A stretch of DNA of 32,000 nucleotides from Geobacter sulfurreducens PCA (lineage in GTDB: Bacteria; Desulfobacterota; Desulfuromonadia; Geobacterales; Geobacteraceae). The DNA is taken from the NCBI RefSeq assembly GCF_000007985.2, contig NC_002939.5:1740001-1772000 (forward strand). The letters are read 5' to 3'. Shown here piece after piece: positions 20,198 through 29,598 of the stretch; positions within the stretch are counted from its first letter, which is position 1; every line of letters begins with the position of its first letter. A program made the translations under genes and the position numbers. The notes below the pieces were generated by a model, which searched no databases, was not told the DNA's origin, and worked only from the letters and a program-made list of their open reading frames with translations.

Positions 20198-21697
20198 ATG
20201 AAACGGATGACGACAGCCCTGCTTCTGGTAATGGCTCCGCTCACTGTCCACGCCGCTGACGGCGGCGTTCGGCTGAGCCTCAAGGAGGCAATCCAGTCGG
20301 CAGTGCAGAAAAACCTGGATGTGCGGGCAGAACTGTACAACCCGGCCATGGCGGAGGCTGATATCCGCAAAAGCCTCGGTATTTATGATACGCAACTCAC
20401 TATTTCAACCGATTTCCAGTATGCCGTCACTGAGCCGGTCAGCTCGTTCCTTTCAGGAACCAATACCAGCCGGACCCGGACGCTGACTCTGAATCCCGGC
20501 GTGAACCAGTTGACGCCCCTTGGCGGGACAGTGGGGCTCACGTTCAATAATGCCTACAACTACACCAATTCCACCCGAAGCCTGAGCGAATACTGGAACT
20601 CGGATCTGACGCTGAGCCTTTCCCAGCCGTTGTTGAAAAATTTCGGCAAGGAACCCACCGAACTCGGCATCATGGTGGCGCGGACGGCTAAGGATGGTTC
20701 CCTGGAGCGATTCCGGACCCTGCTCCTGGACACGGTAGCCCGGGTCAGGACCGAGTACAACCGGCTTTACAGTCTGCGCGAGGATCTTGAGGTCAAGAAG
20801 ACGTCCCTGGAACTGGCCCGTAAAATACTCACCGATACCCAGGCCCGGGTAAAAGCGGGCGTTCTGCCGGCCATGGAGATTCTCAATGCCGAGTTCGGCG
20901 TGGCAAGCCGGGAAAAGGATCTCATCGATGCGGAAAAGGCGGTACGGGATCAGAATGATGTGCTCCATGTGCTGCTCCAGCTACCCGGCAAAGAAGAGAT
21001 CATTCCGGTCGATATCCCGACCCGCGACCAATATCAGGCCGAGGAGGATGCACTTATCCGCAAGGCGCTGGATTTGCGGCCTGAACTGCGAGAGCAGAAG
21101 GCGAGCCTCAGGACGAGTGAACTGGAGACGCGCGTGGCCCGGAACCGGACCCTCCCGGATCTGAATCTTACTGCTAGTGCCGCCGTGACGGGCTTAGACC
21201 GTCACTACAACCGCAATCTGGAAAAAGTCGGCTCGGCCGATTACCCGGTTTGGGGCGTTGGGCTCGTATTCCAGTACCCCCTGGGGAACAATGCTGCCGA
21301 GAACGAGTATCGCCGCAGTAAATTGAAAGTGGAGCAGGGACGCACCCAGATCAGGAGCCTTGAGGCCAATGTGGGAAATGAGGTCAAGACGGCCATCAGG
21401 GGCGTTGATTCGGGCTACAAGCAGCTTGACGTGACCGACCGCGGCCGCGCCTTTGCCGAGGAGCGGCTCCGCTCTTTCATCAAGAGGAGTGAGGTGGGGC
21501 TTGCCACCATTAAGGACGTGCTTGAGGTCGAGAGCGAACTGGCCACGGCAAAGAGCAACCAGATAAAGGCCTTGACGGGGTATGGCGATGCCGTTACCCA
21601 GTTGCTGCGGGCCACGGGAGAGCTTCTGGATCGGGAGGGAATTACCGTGACGGAAAAGGAGGGGGATTCCCTTTACGAGCAAAGTGCGCGAGACTGA
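20198..21697 (+). CDS. TolC-family outer membrane efflux protein
   Basis: Signal peptide MKRMTTALLLVMAPLTVHA. The N-terminus LSLKEAIQSAVQKNLDV is typical of the OEP family. Two repeat halves have coiled-coil character. ATG 20198 lies 8 nt after GAGGAGG. Confidence 0.85.
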   Translation: MKRMTTALLLVMAPLTVHAADGGVRLSLKEAIQSAVQKNLDVRAELYNPAMAEADIRKSLGIYDTQLTISTDFQYAVTEPVSSFLSGTNTSRTRTLTLNPGVNQLTPLGGTVGLTFNNAYNYTNSTRSLSEYWNSDLTLSLSQPLLKNFGKEPTELGIMVARTAKDGSLERFRTLLLDTVARVRTEYNRLYSLREDLEVKKTSLELARKILTDTQARVKAGVLPAMEILNAEFGVASREKDLIDAEKAVRDQNDVLHVLLQLPGKEEIIPVDIPTRDQYQAEEDALIRKALDLRPELREQKASLRTSELETRVARNRTLPDLNLTASAAVTGLDRHYNRNLEKVGSADYPVWGVGLVFQYPLGNNAAENEYRRSKLKVEQGRTQIRSLEANVGNEVKTAIRGVDSGYKQLDVTDRGRAFAEERLRSFIKRSEVGLATIKDVLEVESELATAKSNQIKALTGYGDAVTQLLRATGELLDREGITVTEKEGDSLYEQSARD

Positions 21698-21725
21698 CAC
21701 GTCCGGACTGATTATGGAGTTCTGA

Positions 21726-22910
21726 ATGGCTTTGATGAATGTGATGACAGCCTTTCGCACGCTTCGCCGCTGGGGACGGCATGCCGTTGCGGCGTCTGCG
21801 GTCGTGCCCGCTCTCGCGTTGTGCGCCTGCTCCCCCAAGGAACAGAAACCAACGGTAAAGCCTCCGGTGCCGGTCGTGCTCGCAAAGGTAGAGCGGAAGA
21901 CGATTCCGGTTCAGATCAAGGCCATCGGCAATGTGGAGCCCTATGCCACGGTGGCGGTCAAGGCCCAGGTGAGTGGTGAGGTGGTGAACGTTCACTTTAC
22001 CGAAGGGCAGGACGTGAAAAAGGGCGATCTCCTGTTTGCCATAGATCCGCGCACCTATGCCGCCGCCCTGAAAAAAGCGGAAGCAAATCTTTCCCGGAAT
22101 CTGGTCCAGGCGCGCAATGCCCGCCAGGACGCGGAACGCTATGCCCAACTGCTGACAGAAGGGATCGTGACCCAGGAGCAGTATGAGCAGTACCGGACCA
22201 AGGCGGAGGCTTTCGCGGCGGATGTTGCCGCCGACCGGGCCGCCGTGGAGAACGCCAAGGTCGAGCTCTCCTACTGCACCATACGCTCACCCCTTTCGGG
22301 CCGAACCGGCAACCTGGCGGTGCATGCGGGGAACATCGTCAAGGCAAACGAGAATCCGCCGCTGGTTACGATCAACCAGATAACCCCGGTCTACGTAACC
22401 TTTGCCATTCCCGAGAAAGACCTTGCCGAGATCAAGCACCGGCTGGCGTCCGGACGGCTCGCGGTGGAGGCAATCATTCCCAATGATCAGGGACCGGCGG
22501 AGCAGGGGACCATCAGCTTTCTCGACAATGCGGTCGACGCCGCCACCGGTACCATCAAACTCAAGGGAATCTTCGAGAACAAGGGGCGGCGGCTCTGGCC
22601 CGGTCAATTCGTCAACGTGGTCGTGACCCTCGCGTCCCGCGCCGACGCCGTTGTGGTGCCGTCCCAGGCACTCCAGACCGGACAGAGCGGCCCCTACCTT
22701 TTTGTGGTAAAGGCTGACACCTCCGTGGAGGTTCGCCCCGTCACACCGGGTATCACCCATGAAGGACTCACTGTCATTGAACAGGGCGTCGCTCCGGGGG
22801 AAACGGTTGTGACCGACGGCCAGATGCGGCTCACCCCGAATGCCAAGGTAACGGAAAAACGACCCGGAGGTGCCGGCGTTTCCCCCCCCGAACCGAGTAA
22901 GCGCCCATGA
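21726..22910 (+). CDS. efflux RND transporter periplasmic adaptor (MFP) subunit, lipoprotein
   Basis: Lipobox-like ALALCAC. HlyD/AcrA-like lipoyl and hairpin segments (VSGEVVNVHFTEGQDVKKGDLLFAIDPR, YCTIRSPLSGRTG). GGAG Shine-Dalgarno. Confidence 0.88.
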   Translation: MALMNVMTAFRTLRRWGRHAVAASAVVPALALCACSPKEQKPTVKPPVPVVLAKVERKTIPVQIKAIGNVEPYATVAVKAQVSGEVVNVHFTEGQDVKKGDLLFAIDPRTYAAALKKAEANLSRNLVQARNARQDAERYAQLLTEGIVTQEQYEQYRTKAEAFAADVAADRAAVENAKVELSYCTIRSPLSGRTGNLAVHAGNIVKANENPPLVTINQITPVYVTFAIPEKDLAEIKHRLASGRLAVEAIIPNDQGPAEQGTISFLDNAVDAATGTIKLKGIFENKGRRLWPGQFVNVVVTLASRADAVVVPSQALQTGQSGPYLFVVKADTSVEVRPVTPGITHEGLTVIEQGVAPGETVVTDGQMRLTPNAKVTEKRPGGAGVSPPEPSKRP

Positions 22911-25900
22911 ACATTGCCGAAATCTTCATCCGCCGGCCGGTCATGACGAGTCTCATCATGCTGGCGGTTATGCTTTTCGGCCTCATCGCCTACGACAAGC
23001 TGCCGGTCAATGACCTGCCCACCGTCGACTATCCGACCATCCAGGTTTCCGCCACTCTGCCGGGCGCCAACCCCGACACCATGGCCTCATCGGTGGCACT
23101 TCCCCTGGAGCGCGAGTTCTCCACCATTGCCGGTGTCGACTCTATGACCTCCACCAACGGCATCGGCATATCCCGCATTACCATCAAGTTCACCCTGGAG
23201 CGGGACATCGATGCCGCGGCCCAAGATGTCCAGGCCGCCATTTCAAGGGCCCAGCGCCAGCTTCCTCAGGACATGCCGGCCCCTCCATCGTTCCAGAAGG
23301 TGAATCCGGCTGATCAGCCGATCCTCTATCTGGTCCTCAGTTCGCCGACGCTTCCCCTCTCCACGGTCCACGAATACGCCGATACCATGATCGCCCAGCG
23401 GATTTCCATGGTCAACGGCGTAGCCTCGGTACAGATCTACGGCTCCCAGAAATATGCGGTACGGGTTCAGGTGGACCCCAAGGCCCTGGCGGCCCGCAAA
23501 ATCGGCATTGACGAGGTGGCCCAGGCCCTGGAGCGGGGGAACGTGAACCTTCCCACCGGCACCCTCCAGGGAAAGCACGAGGCCCTGACGATCCAGACCA
23601 GTGGCCAGCTTTACAGCGCAAAGGAGTATGAGCCGCTCATCGTCGCCTATCGCAACGGTTCACCGGTCCGTCTCGGAGAGATCGGCCGGGTTATTGACAG
23701 CGTGGAGAACGACAAGGTGGCCGGCTGGTACAAACAGACCCGTGCCATTGTCCTCGCCATCCAACGCCAGCCAGGCACCAATACCATCGAAGTGGTAAAC
23801 AGGATTAAGGAGCTGCTTCCCCAGTTCCGCTCCCAACTCCCCGGCTCGGTGGACCTGAGTATCCACTTTGACCGGACCGAGGGGATCAAGGAGTCGGTCG
23901 CCGATGTGAAGTTCACTATGGTGCTCACCATCTGCCTGGTTATCATGGTGATCTTTCTCTTCCTGCGCAACCTGCCGGCAACGGTAATTCCGAGCCTGGC
24001 GCTACCGCTCTCCATTGTCGGTGCTTTTTCGGCCATGTACCTGATGGGGTTTTCGGTCAATAACATCTCACTGTTGGCTCTGACCCTGTCGGTGGGCTTC
24101 GTGGTGGACGACGCCATTGTCATGCTGGAGAACATCGTCCGTCACCTGGAGAAGGGGGAGAGCCCCATGGAGGCGTCCCTCCGCGGCTCCCGCGAGATCG
24201 GATTCACCATTGTCTCCATGACCATTTCATTGGTGGCGGTCTTTATCCCGGTTCTTTTCATGAAAGGGATGCTCGGCCGGCTGCTCCACGAATTCGCCGT
24301 CACCATCAGCCTGGCCATTCTCATTTCCGGCTTCGTATCGCTCTCGCTGACACCCATGCTATGCAGCCGCTTCCTTCGTCCGCACAGTGGCGAAAAGGGC
24401 CACGGCAGGTTTTATACGGTCATGGAGCGGTTTTTCGACGGCATGTACCGCCTCTATGAAGTGACTCTGGCAAAGGTTCTGAGGCTCCGCCGGACCGTGT
24501 TGGCCGGCACCCTTGCCATGACCCTGCTCACCATCTGGCTCTTCACGAGAATCCCCACAGGGCTGCTGCCCAGCGACGACATCGGGGCCATCTTCGCTAT
24601 TACCGAGGGTGCCCAGGGGATTTCCTTCGAGGAAATGAAGGCCAAGCAGCAGCAGTTGGCGGCCATTGTGCTCCAGGACCCGAACGTTGAAGGATTCATG
24701 TCTTCGGCGGGCGCCGCCGGGAGCCGGGTGTCCTCCAATTCGGGGTTCATGTTCATTCGGCTCAAGCCCCGCCACGAGCGGAAGCTTAACGCGGATCAGG
24801 TCATCCAGCAGCTCCGGCCGAAAGTCATGGCTGTGCCCGGGATTCTCATGTTCCTCCAGAATCCGCCGCCGATTCGACTGGAGGCTCAGTTGGCCAAGAG
24901 CCAGTATCAGTTCGTGCTCCAGAGTCCCGATACGGATGAACTCTACCGGCGCGCAGCCGACCTGGAGGCCAGATTGAAGCAGGTGCCGCTCCTGCTGGAC
25001 GTGACCAGCGACCTCCAGCTCAATAATCCCCAGGTGCAACTCGACATAGACCGGGACAAGGCGTCGGCCCTCGGCATCACCGCCCACCAGGTGGAGGATG
25101 CCCTCTATTACGCCTACGGCTCCCGCCAGGTTTCCACCATCTTTGCTCCAAACAACCAGTTCAAGGTTATCCTGGAACTGGAGCCCCGCTACCAGACCGA
25201 CCCGGCAGCCCTGTCCATGCTTTACATCCGTTCCCAGCAGGGCGACCTTGTTCCTCTCAACACCCTCGCCACCCTGCGGCGGACCCTCGGTCCCCTTTCC
25301 GTGAACCATCTGGGGCAGATCCCGGCGGTGACCATCTCCTTTAACCTGCGACCGGACACCCCTCTCAGCGAGGCCGTGTCAGCCATCGAGCAGGTGAGCC
25401 GCGATACGCTTCCAGCTTCATTCACCACCAGTTTCCAGGGAGTTGCCCAGGCCTACCAGCAGTCGACCACGGGGCTAATTGTCCTGATCATCATGGCGAT
25501 CGTGGTAATCTACATTGTCCTCGGTATTCTTTATGAGAGCTACATCCATCCCCTCACCATCCTGTCGGGTCTTCCGTCAGCCGGGTTCGGGGCACTCATT
25601 ACCCTGATGATCTTCGGCAAGGAACTGAATCTCTACGGCTTTGTCGGTCTCATCATGCTGATTGGCATTGTTAAGAAAAACGCGATCATGATGATCGACT
25701 TCGCCCTGGAGGCCCAGCGCACCGAAGGGAAACCGCCGCTGGAGGCAATCCACCAGGGGGCTCTCGTCCGTTTCCGCCCCATTATGATGACCACCATGGC
25801 GGCGCTGATGGGGACACTCCCCATTGCGCTGGGGATCGGTGCCGGGGCCGAGGCCAGGCGCACTCTGGGGCTGGCAGTGGTGGGGGGGCTTCTGGTGTCC

Positions 25901-26005
25901 CAGTTGCTGACCCTTTACATAACACCGGTTATTTATTACTACATGGACCGCATGCAGGGATGGTTCGTCGGGAAACTGCCGGGCCGCCGGAGGGTCAGCG
26001 CATGA
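22907..26005 (+). CDS. RND efflux permease, HAE1 (AcrB/MdtB-like) type
   Basis: 1032 aa. [11 protein letters not shown]-terminus, TM4 motif [12 protein letters not shown], and 12-TM architecture with two large loops. ATGA overlap with the adaptor gene. Confidence 0.93.
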   Translation: MNIAEIFIRRPVMTSLIMLAVMLFGLIAYDKLPVNDLPTVDYPTIQVSATLPGANPDTMASSVALPLEREFSTIAGVDSMTSTNGIGISRITIKFTLERDIDAAAQDVQAAISRAQRQLPQDMPAPPSFQKVNPADQPILYLVLSSPTLPLSTVHEYADTMIAQRISMVNGVASVQIYGSQKYAVRVQVDPKALAARKIGIDEVAQALERGNVNLPTGTLQGKHEALTIQTSGQLYSAKEYEPLIVAYRNGSPVRLGEIGRVIDSVENDKVAGWYKQTRAIVLAIQRQPGTNTIEVVNRIKELLPQFRSQLPGSVDLSIHFDRTEGIKESVADVKFTMVLTICLVIMVIFLFLRNLPATVIPSLALPLSIVGAFSAMYLMGFSVNNISLLALTLSVGFVVDDAIVMLENIVRHLEKGESPMEASLRGSREIGFTIVSMTISLVAVFIPVLFMKGMLGRLLHEFAVTISLAILISGFVSLSLTPMLCSRFLRPHSGEKGHGRFYTVMERFFDGMYRLYEVTLAKVLRLRRTVLAGTLAMTLLTIWLFTRIPTGLLPSDDIGAIFAITEGAQGISFEEMKAKQQQLAAIVLQDPNVEGFMSSAGAAGSRVSSNSGFMFIRLKPRHERKLNADQVIQQLRPKVMAVPGILMFLQNPPPIRLEAQLAKSQYQFVLQSPDTDELYRRAADLEARLKQVPLLLDVTSDLQLNNPQVQLDIDRDKASALGITAHQVEDALYYAYGSRQVSTIFAPNNQFKVILELEPRYQTDPAALSMLYIRSQQGDLVPLNTLATLRRTLGPLSVNHLGQIPAVTISFNLRPDTPLSEAVSAIEQVSRDTLPASFTTSFQGVAQAYQQSTTGLIVLIIMAIVVIYIVLGILYESYIHPLTILSGLPSAGFGALITLMIFGKELNLYGFVGLIMLIGIVKKNAIMMIDFALEAQRTEGKPPLEAIHQGALVRFRPIMMTTMAALMGTLPIALGIGAGAEARRTLGLAVVGGLLVSQLLTLYITPVIYYYMDRMQGWFVGKLPGRRRVSA

Positions 26006-26745
26006 GAACGCTCGTTCTGATTCGTCATGGGGAGAGTGTCTGGAACAGGGAAAACCGTTTTACCGGCTGGACTGACGTGGGGCTGACCGATAAGGGCGCG
26101 GCAGAGGCCCTGCGTGCCGGTCGTACCCTGAAAAACGAGGGGTTTGCCTTTGACGAGGCGTTCACCTCAGTGCTCAAGCGGGCCATCAAAACCCTCTGGA
26201 TCGTTTTGGAGGAGATGGATCAGATGTGGATTCCGGAGCACCGTCACTGGCGGCTTAATGAACGCCACTACGGCGCGCTCCAGGGACTCAATAAGGCCGA
26301 AACTGCCGAAAGGCACGGCATGGAACAAGTTCATGTCTGGCGCCGCAGCTATGATATTCCGCCACCGCCCCTGGCCGCCGGCGATCCGCGCAACCCTGCA
26401 CGGGACCCGCGCTATGCGGAGCTTGATCCCGCAGATATCCCCCTGACCGAGTCGCTCAAGGATACCGTAGCCCGTTTCCTTCCCTACTGGCACGAGACGA
26501 TTGCGCCCCGCATTCTCGCGGGCCGCCGCCTGCTCATCGCCGCCCATGGCAACAGTCTGCGGGCCCTGGTGAAGTACCTGGACGGCATCGGGGACGACGC
26601 CATTGCCGGTCTGAATATTCCCACCGGCATTCCCCTTGTCTATGAGCTGGAAGATGACCTGCACCCCATACGAAGCTATTACCTGGGTGATCCTGACGAG
26701 GTTGCCCGGGCCACCCAGTCGGTGGCGGATCAGGTAAAGAGGTAG
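26002..26745 (+). CDS. gpmA: 2,3-bisphosphoglycerate-dependent phosphoglycerate mutase
   Basis: [30 protein letters not shown] and [13 protein letters not shown] 26002 overlaps the RND stop (ATGA). The ORF-track start at 25960 is a spurious extension. Confidence 0.92.
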   Translation: MRTLVLIRHGESVWNRENRFTGWTDVGLTDKGAAEALRAGRTLKNEGFAFDEAFTSVLKRAIKTLWIVLEEMDQMWIPEHRHWRLNERHYGALQGLNKAETAERHGMEQVHVWRRSYDIPPPPLAAGDPRNPARDPRYAELDPADIPLTESLKDTVARFLPYWHETIAPRILAGRRLLIAAHGNSLRALVKYLDGIGDDAIAGLNIPTGIPLVYELEDDLHPIRSYYLGDPDEVARATQSVADQVKR

Positions 26746-26763
26746 GTATGTGTGCGTCAGGGG

Positions 26764-27621
26764 CTATAGGATGCGATACCCTGGACCCCGCGACACGATA
26801 AATCCTTCCGCGGCAAGCTGTTCCAGGTTTTTCCCCACGATTTCGCTGCTCGCTCCCACTGCCTTTTCAAGCGCATCGCGGCTGATCCCCGGATTTTCCA
26901 GGACGGCCCGGAGGATGCGGCTGCGCACCTGCCGGTTGGATCCCTTGAACGGAGTCTGTCGCGTATGATGTGAACTGCGGCGCGACGGATTGCCATGCAG
27001 TCGCTTCAGGTGCGATCCGTAATCCATGAGAGCGTAATACCATTCGCGGGGATTGTCACGGTCCAGGGTCTGTTCGATCAGAGGCATGAGATCGCGGTCG
27101 TGAATGCTGCTTTGGTCCGCGAAGAAATGGTGGATATACACGCTGCGGATATTGGTCTCGATGAAGGGCAGGGGGGTGTTGAAGGCAAAGGCGGCCACTG
27201 CCCGGGACGTGTACGTTCCAATGCCCGGCAGCCGGACCAATTCGTTCGGATCAGCGGGGAGCTCTCCTCCCAGACTTGCGACAACCGCCTCGGCGCAGCG
27301 CTTGAGGTTCACGGCGCGCCGGTTGTAGCCAAGCCCCTGCCATGCCGCAAGAACCCGTTCCAGTGGCGCCGCAGCCAGGGCCCTCAGGTTCGGAAACTCG
27401 GCCAGGAATGTTGGGTACTTTTCCCTGACGCGCTCCACCTGCGTCTGCTGGAGCATGATCTCGGACACGAGGATGGCGTACGGATCAAAGGTTTCCCGCC
27501 AGGGGAGTTCGCGACGCTGGGATGCATACCAGTCATACACGATCCGCCGGAAGAGGTCCGCAACTGCAGGCGTGAGCCCCTCCCGGCGGAAGAGATGTGT
27601 CAGCTCCTGTTCCCTGTTCAA
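26764..27621 (-). CDS. MutY-like HhH-GPD DNA glycosylase lacking Fe-S cysteines, with a C-terminal winged-helix-like tail
   Basis: LVSEIMLQQTQVERV (MutY Glu37 region), QGLGYNRRA, and HhH LVRLPGIGTYTSRAVAAFAF. There is no Cys in the region where the MutY/EndoIII 4Cys cluster sits. The TTG at 27621 overlaps the upstream stop (TTGA). An alternative TTG at 27693 is the maximal ORF. Confidence 0.75.
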   Translation of the reverse strand: MNREQELTHLFRREGLTPAVADLFRRIVYDWYASQRRELPWRETFDPYAILVSEIMLQQTQVERVREKYPTFLAEFPNLRALAAAPLERVLAAWQGLGYNRRAVNLKRCAEAVVASLGGELPADPNELVRLPGIGTYTSRAVAAFAFNTPLPFIETNIRSVYIHHFFADQSSIHDRDLMPLIEQTLDRDNPREWYYALMDYGSHLKRLHGNPSRRSSHHTRQTPFKGSNRQVRSRILRAVLENPGISRDALEKAVGASSEIVGKNLEQLAAEGFIVSRGPGYRIL

Positions 27622-28022
27622 TGGTCGCGGTACCCCAGGACAACAAGAATGCAGCTCCCGTCCGCGATGACAGTGATACCGTTTTGACGGCAAAGCTCCA
27701 CCGCCTTGTCGCTTTCGGCTCCCGGTTGCATCCAGATAGTGCGGATGCCCTTGCGGGCAGCCATTTCCACCACCTCTTCAGTGATCTTCGGCGGCGTAAT
27801 GACCGAGATGCTCGTTACCTCATCCGGCAGGTCCATCACGCTGGCCACGCAGGCCACTCCTTCAATTTCCTGTTCCCTGGGGTTCACCGGGACGACCTTC
27901 AGGTTCTTCTGTTGATAGACCCTCAGGACTTTGTTCCCGTATTTGTGTCGGTCGGCCGAAGCTCCCACCACCCCGAACGCCTTTGAAGTGAAAAAGGCGT
28001 CGATCTGCTCTTTTGTGCTCAT
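27618..28022 (-). CDS. CoA-binding domain protein (YccU/YneT-like)
   Basis: 134 aa. KAFGVVGASADRHKYGNKV...VVPVNP...ITPP...IWMQPGAES is the typical CoA_binding_2 pattern. GAGGAGG Shine-Dalgarno upstream. Confidence 0.8.
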   Translation of the reverse strand: MSTKEQIDAFFTSKAFGVVGASADRHKYGNKVLRVYQQKNLKVVPVNPREQEIEGVACVASVMDLPDEVTSISVITPPKITEEVVEMAARKGIRTIWMQPGAESDKAVELCRQNGITVIADGSCILVVLGYRDH

Positions 28023-28104
28023 GGTGTCCTCCTCTCGTGTTGTGACGAGATTGAATTGTATATCCTTTTGCGAAAATCACCACCCGGAATCCGTTCCCGC
28101 ACGT

Positions 28105-29382
28105 TCAATGCCGGGTCCAGTCGGGCTTTATTCGCTTGACTATGGTTACTATCACCCATGAAACCGCAAGGGATGCGGCCATGATCCCCAGAGAGATGAA
28201 GGCGTTATTCAAAAGCGTTGGCCTGAGCAGCAGCACGAATCCGAGGCTGAGCATCATGATCCCTGACACGAGCTTGAGAACCCGTCCCTGCCATTCGGTC
28301 AATTTCCGGCTGCCAAGTGTAATCGTAAAGATTCCCACGATAACTGCCAGTGGAATCACATAGACGACATTGTAAAACCCCAGGTAGAGGTAATAGGCCG
28401 ATGGCGGCAGTTCGCGCAGGGTCAGAACCCGTGTGAATACCATGGGAAAACCGGCGGTGCAGAGGAGTTCGTAACTGTTAGCGGCCAAGGCGAGTACCAC
28501 GGTACCCGCCAGCATGGCCGGTAGGGTTCCTGCCCTGACAAGGTTCCTCATTCGCTCGAAAAGCCTGGGTTTTGCCTCTTCGGGTATGACGAGCGACACC
28601 CCTTTTTCGAACAGAAAAAAGTCCTTCACGTTCATGGTTGCTATGATCAAAGCCGCGACGGCAGCCAGCACGGTAATCCATGCCAGGTGTCCGGTTACCA
28701 GAAAGAGATTCAGCCAGGCCGCCATGAAGAGAAAATAGATCAAGCCGGAGAAAAAGACGAATACCCCGCCGATCAGTGCCATCTTGTGGCGGGAATGGGC
28801 ATGAACCATGAGACTCAGGAGAAAGAGGAGCACAAAGAATGCACAGGGGTTAAAGCTGTCGAGCGTTGCAACGGCGAGGGTGAAAAAGGGCAGAGACAGT
28901 CTCTCGGCCGAAATGGTCCCGAGGAGAGGAAGGGTAAGCGGGGCCGCATTGCCGGCTCTGTCTTGTGTGTCGTTTTCGCCGGTTGGATGAGATGTCGCGG
29001 TGCGTCTGACGATCTCCCGTTCCAGTTCACTGCGGGTTTCATCTGAAAAACCGTCGAGCATCCTGTCAGCAATAATAAAGGTTGGGACCCCTTTAGCCTC
29101 TGTTCCCAGTTTGCAGGACATCGTCATGAGGAGATTGAGGTTGTTTTCATTGTGCAGCACTTCGTAGGAGCGGATTTCTAGGCCGGGAAAGCGGCGGTGG
29201 GCGTCAGCGAGGTAGGTTTTGGCCCGTTCGCAATGTGGGCAGCCTTCACCCCAGAAAAAGTAAAGGGTAACAGTCGGCGGCCGGGATGCCGTCTCTGTCG
29301 ATGGGGCAAGAAGTATTATTATGAAGAGCAGGAGTGCGGCAACAGCGGGGAAAGGCACCCATCTCGTTCTTGCCCTGATCAT
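28105..29382 (-). CDS. membrane thiol:disulfide oxidoreductase: periplasmic thioredoxin-fold domain (CPHC) fused to a DsbD/CcdA-like (DsbD_2-type) transmembrane domain
   Basis: An N-terminal signal anchor is followed by YFFWGEGCPHCERAK and the cis-Pro loop GVPTFII. A polytopic domain follows, with Cys in LDSFNPCAFF and in ELLCTAGFP. GGGAG Shine-Dalgarno before ATG 29382. Confidence 0.75.
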   Translation of the reverse strand: MIRARTRWVPFPAVAALLLFIIILLAPSTETASRPPTVTLYFFWGEGCPHCERAKTYLADAHRRFPGLEIRSYEVLHNENNLNLLMTMSCKLGTEAKGVPTFIIADRMLDGFSDETRSELEREIVRRTATSHPTGENDTQDRAGNAAPLTLPLLGTISAERLSLPFFTLAVATLDSFNPCAFFVLLFLLSLMVHAHSRHKMALIGGVFVFFSGLIYFLFMAAWLNLFLVTGHLAWITVLAAVAALIIATMNVKDFFLFEKGVSLVIPEEAKPRLFERMRNLVRAGTLPAMLAGTVVLALAANSYELLCTAGFPMVFTRVLTLRELPPSAYYLYLGFYNVVYVIPLAVIVGIFTITLGSRKLTEWQGRVLKLVSGIMMLSLGFVLLLRPTLLNNAFISLGIMAASLAVSWVIVTIVKRIKPDWTRH

Positions 29383-29598
29383 CGCTCGTCTCCCGTTCGG
29401 GCACTGGTTATTTCTTGTTGCGCCTTCAACCGGCCCGAATTTTATATCTGTAGCAAGTGTACCACTCTGGAGCGGGCATTCATCTTTGTGGCAGAAACCT
29501 GAGACCGGTGCTTCTGGGTAATCGAGTATGTGTGTAAGTTTGATATGTGTTGTGCTAATAGGTGAGATATTGTTGTCTATCTTGCTTGAATATTTTAA

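Noticed and set aside
28023-28104. Internal promoter (TACAAT on the minus strand) and a 5-bp hairpin between the Trx-DsbD-like and CoA-binding genes.
   Set aside because: There is no acceptable -35 at 16-18 nt spacing and the stem is only 5 bp. This is too weak to call without transcription-start data.
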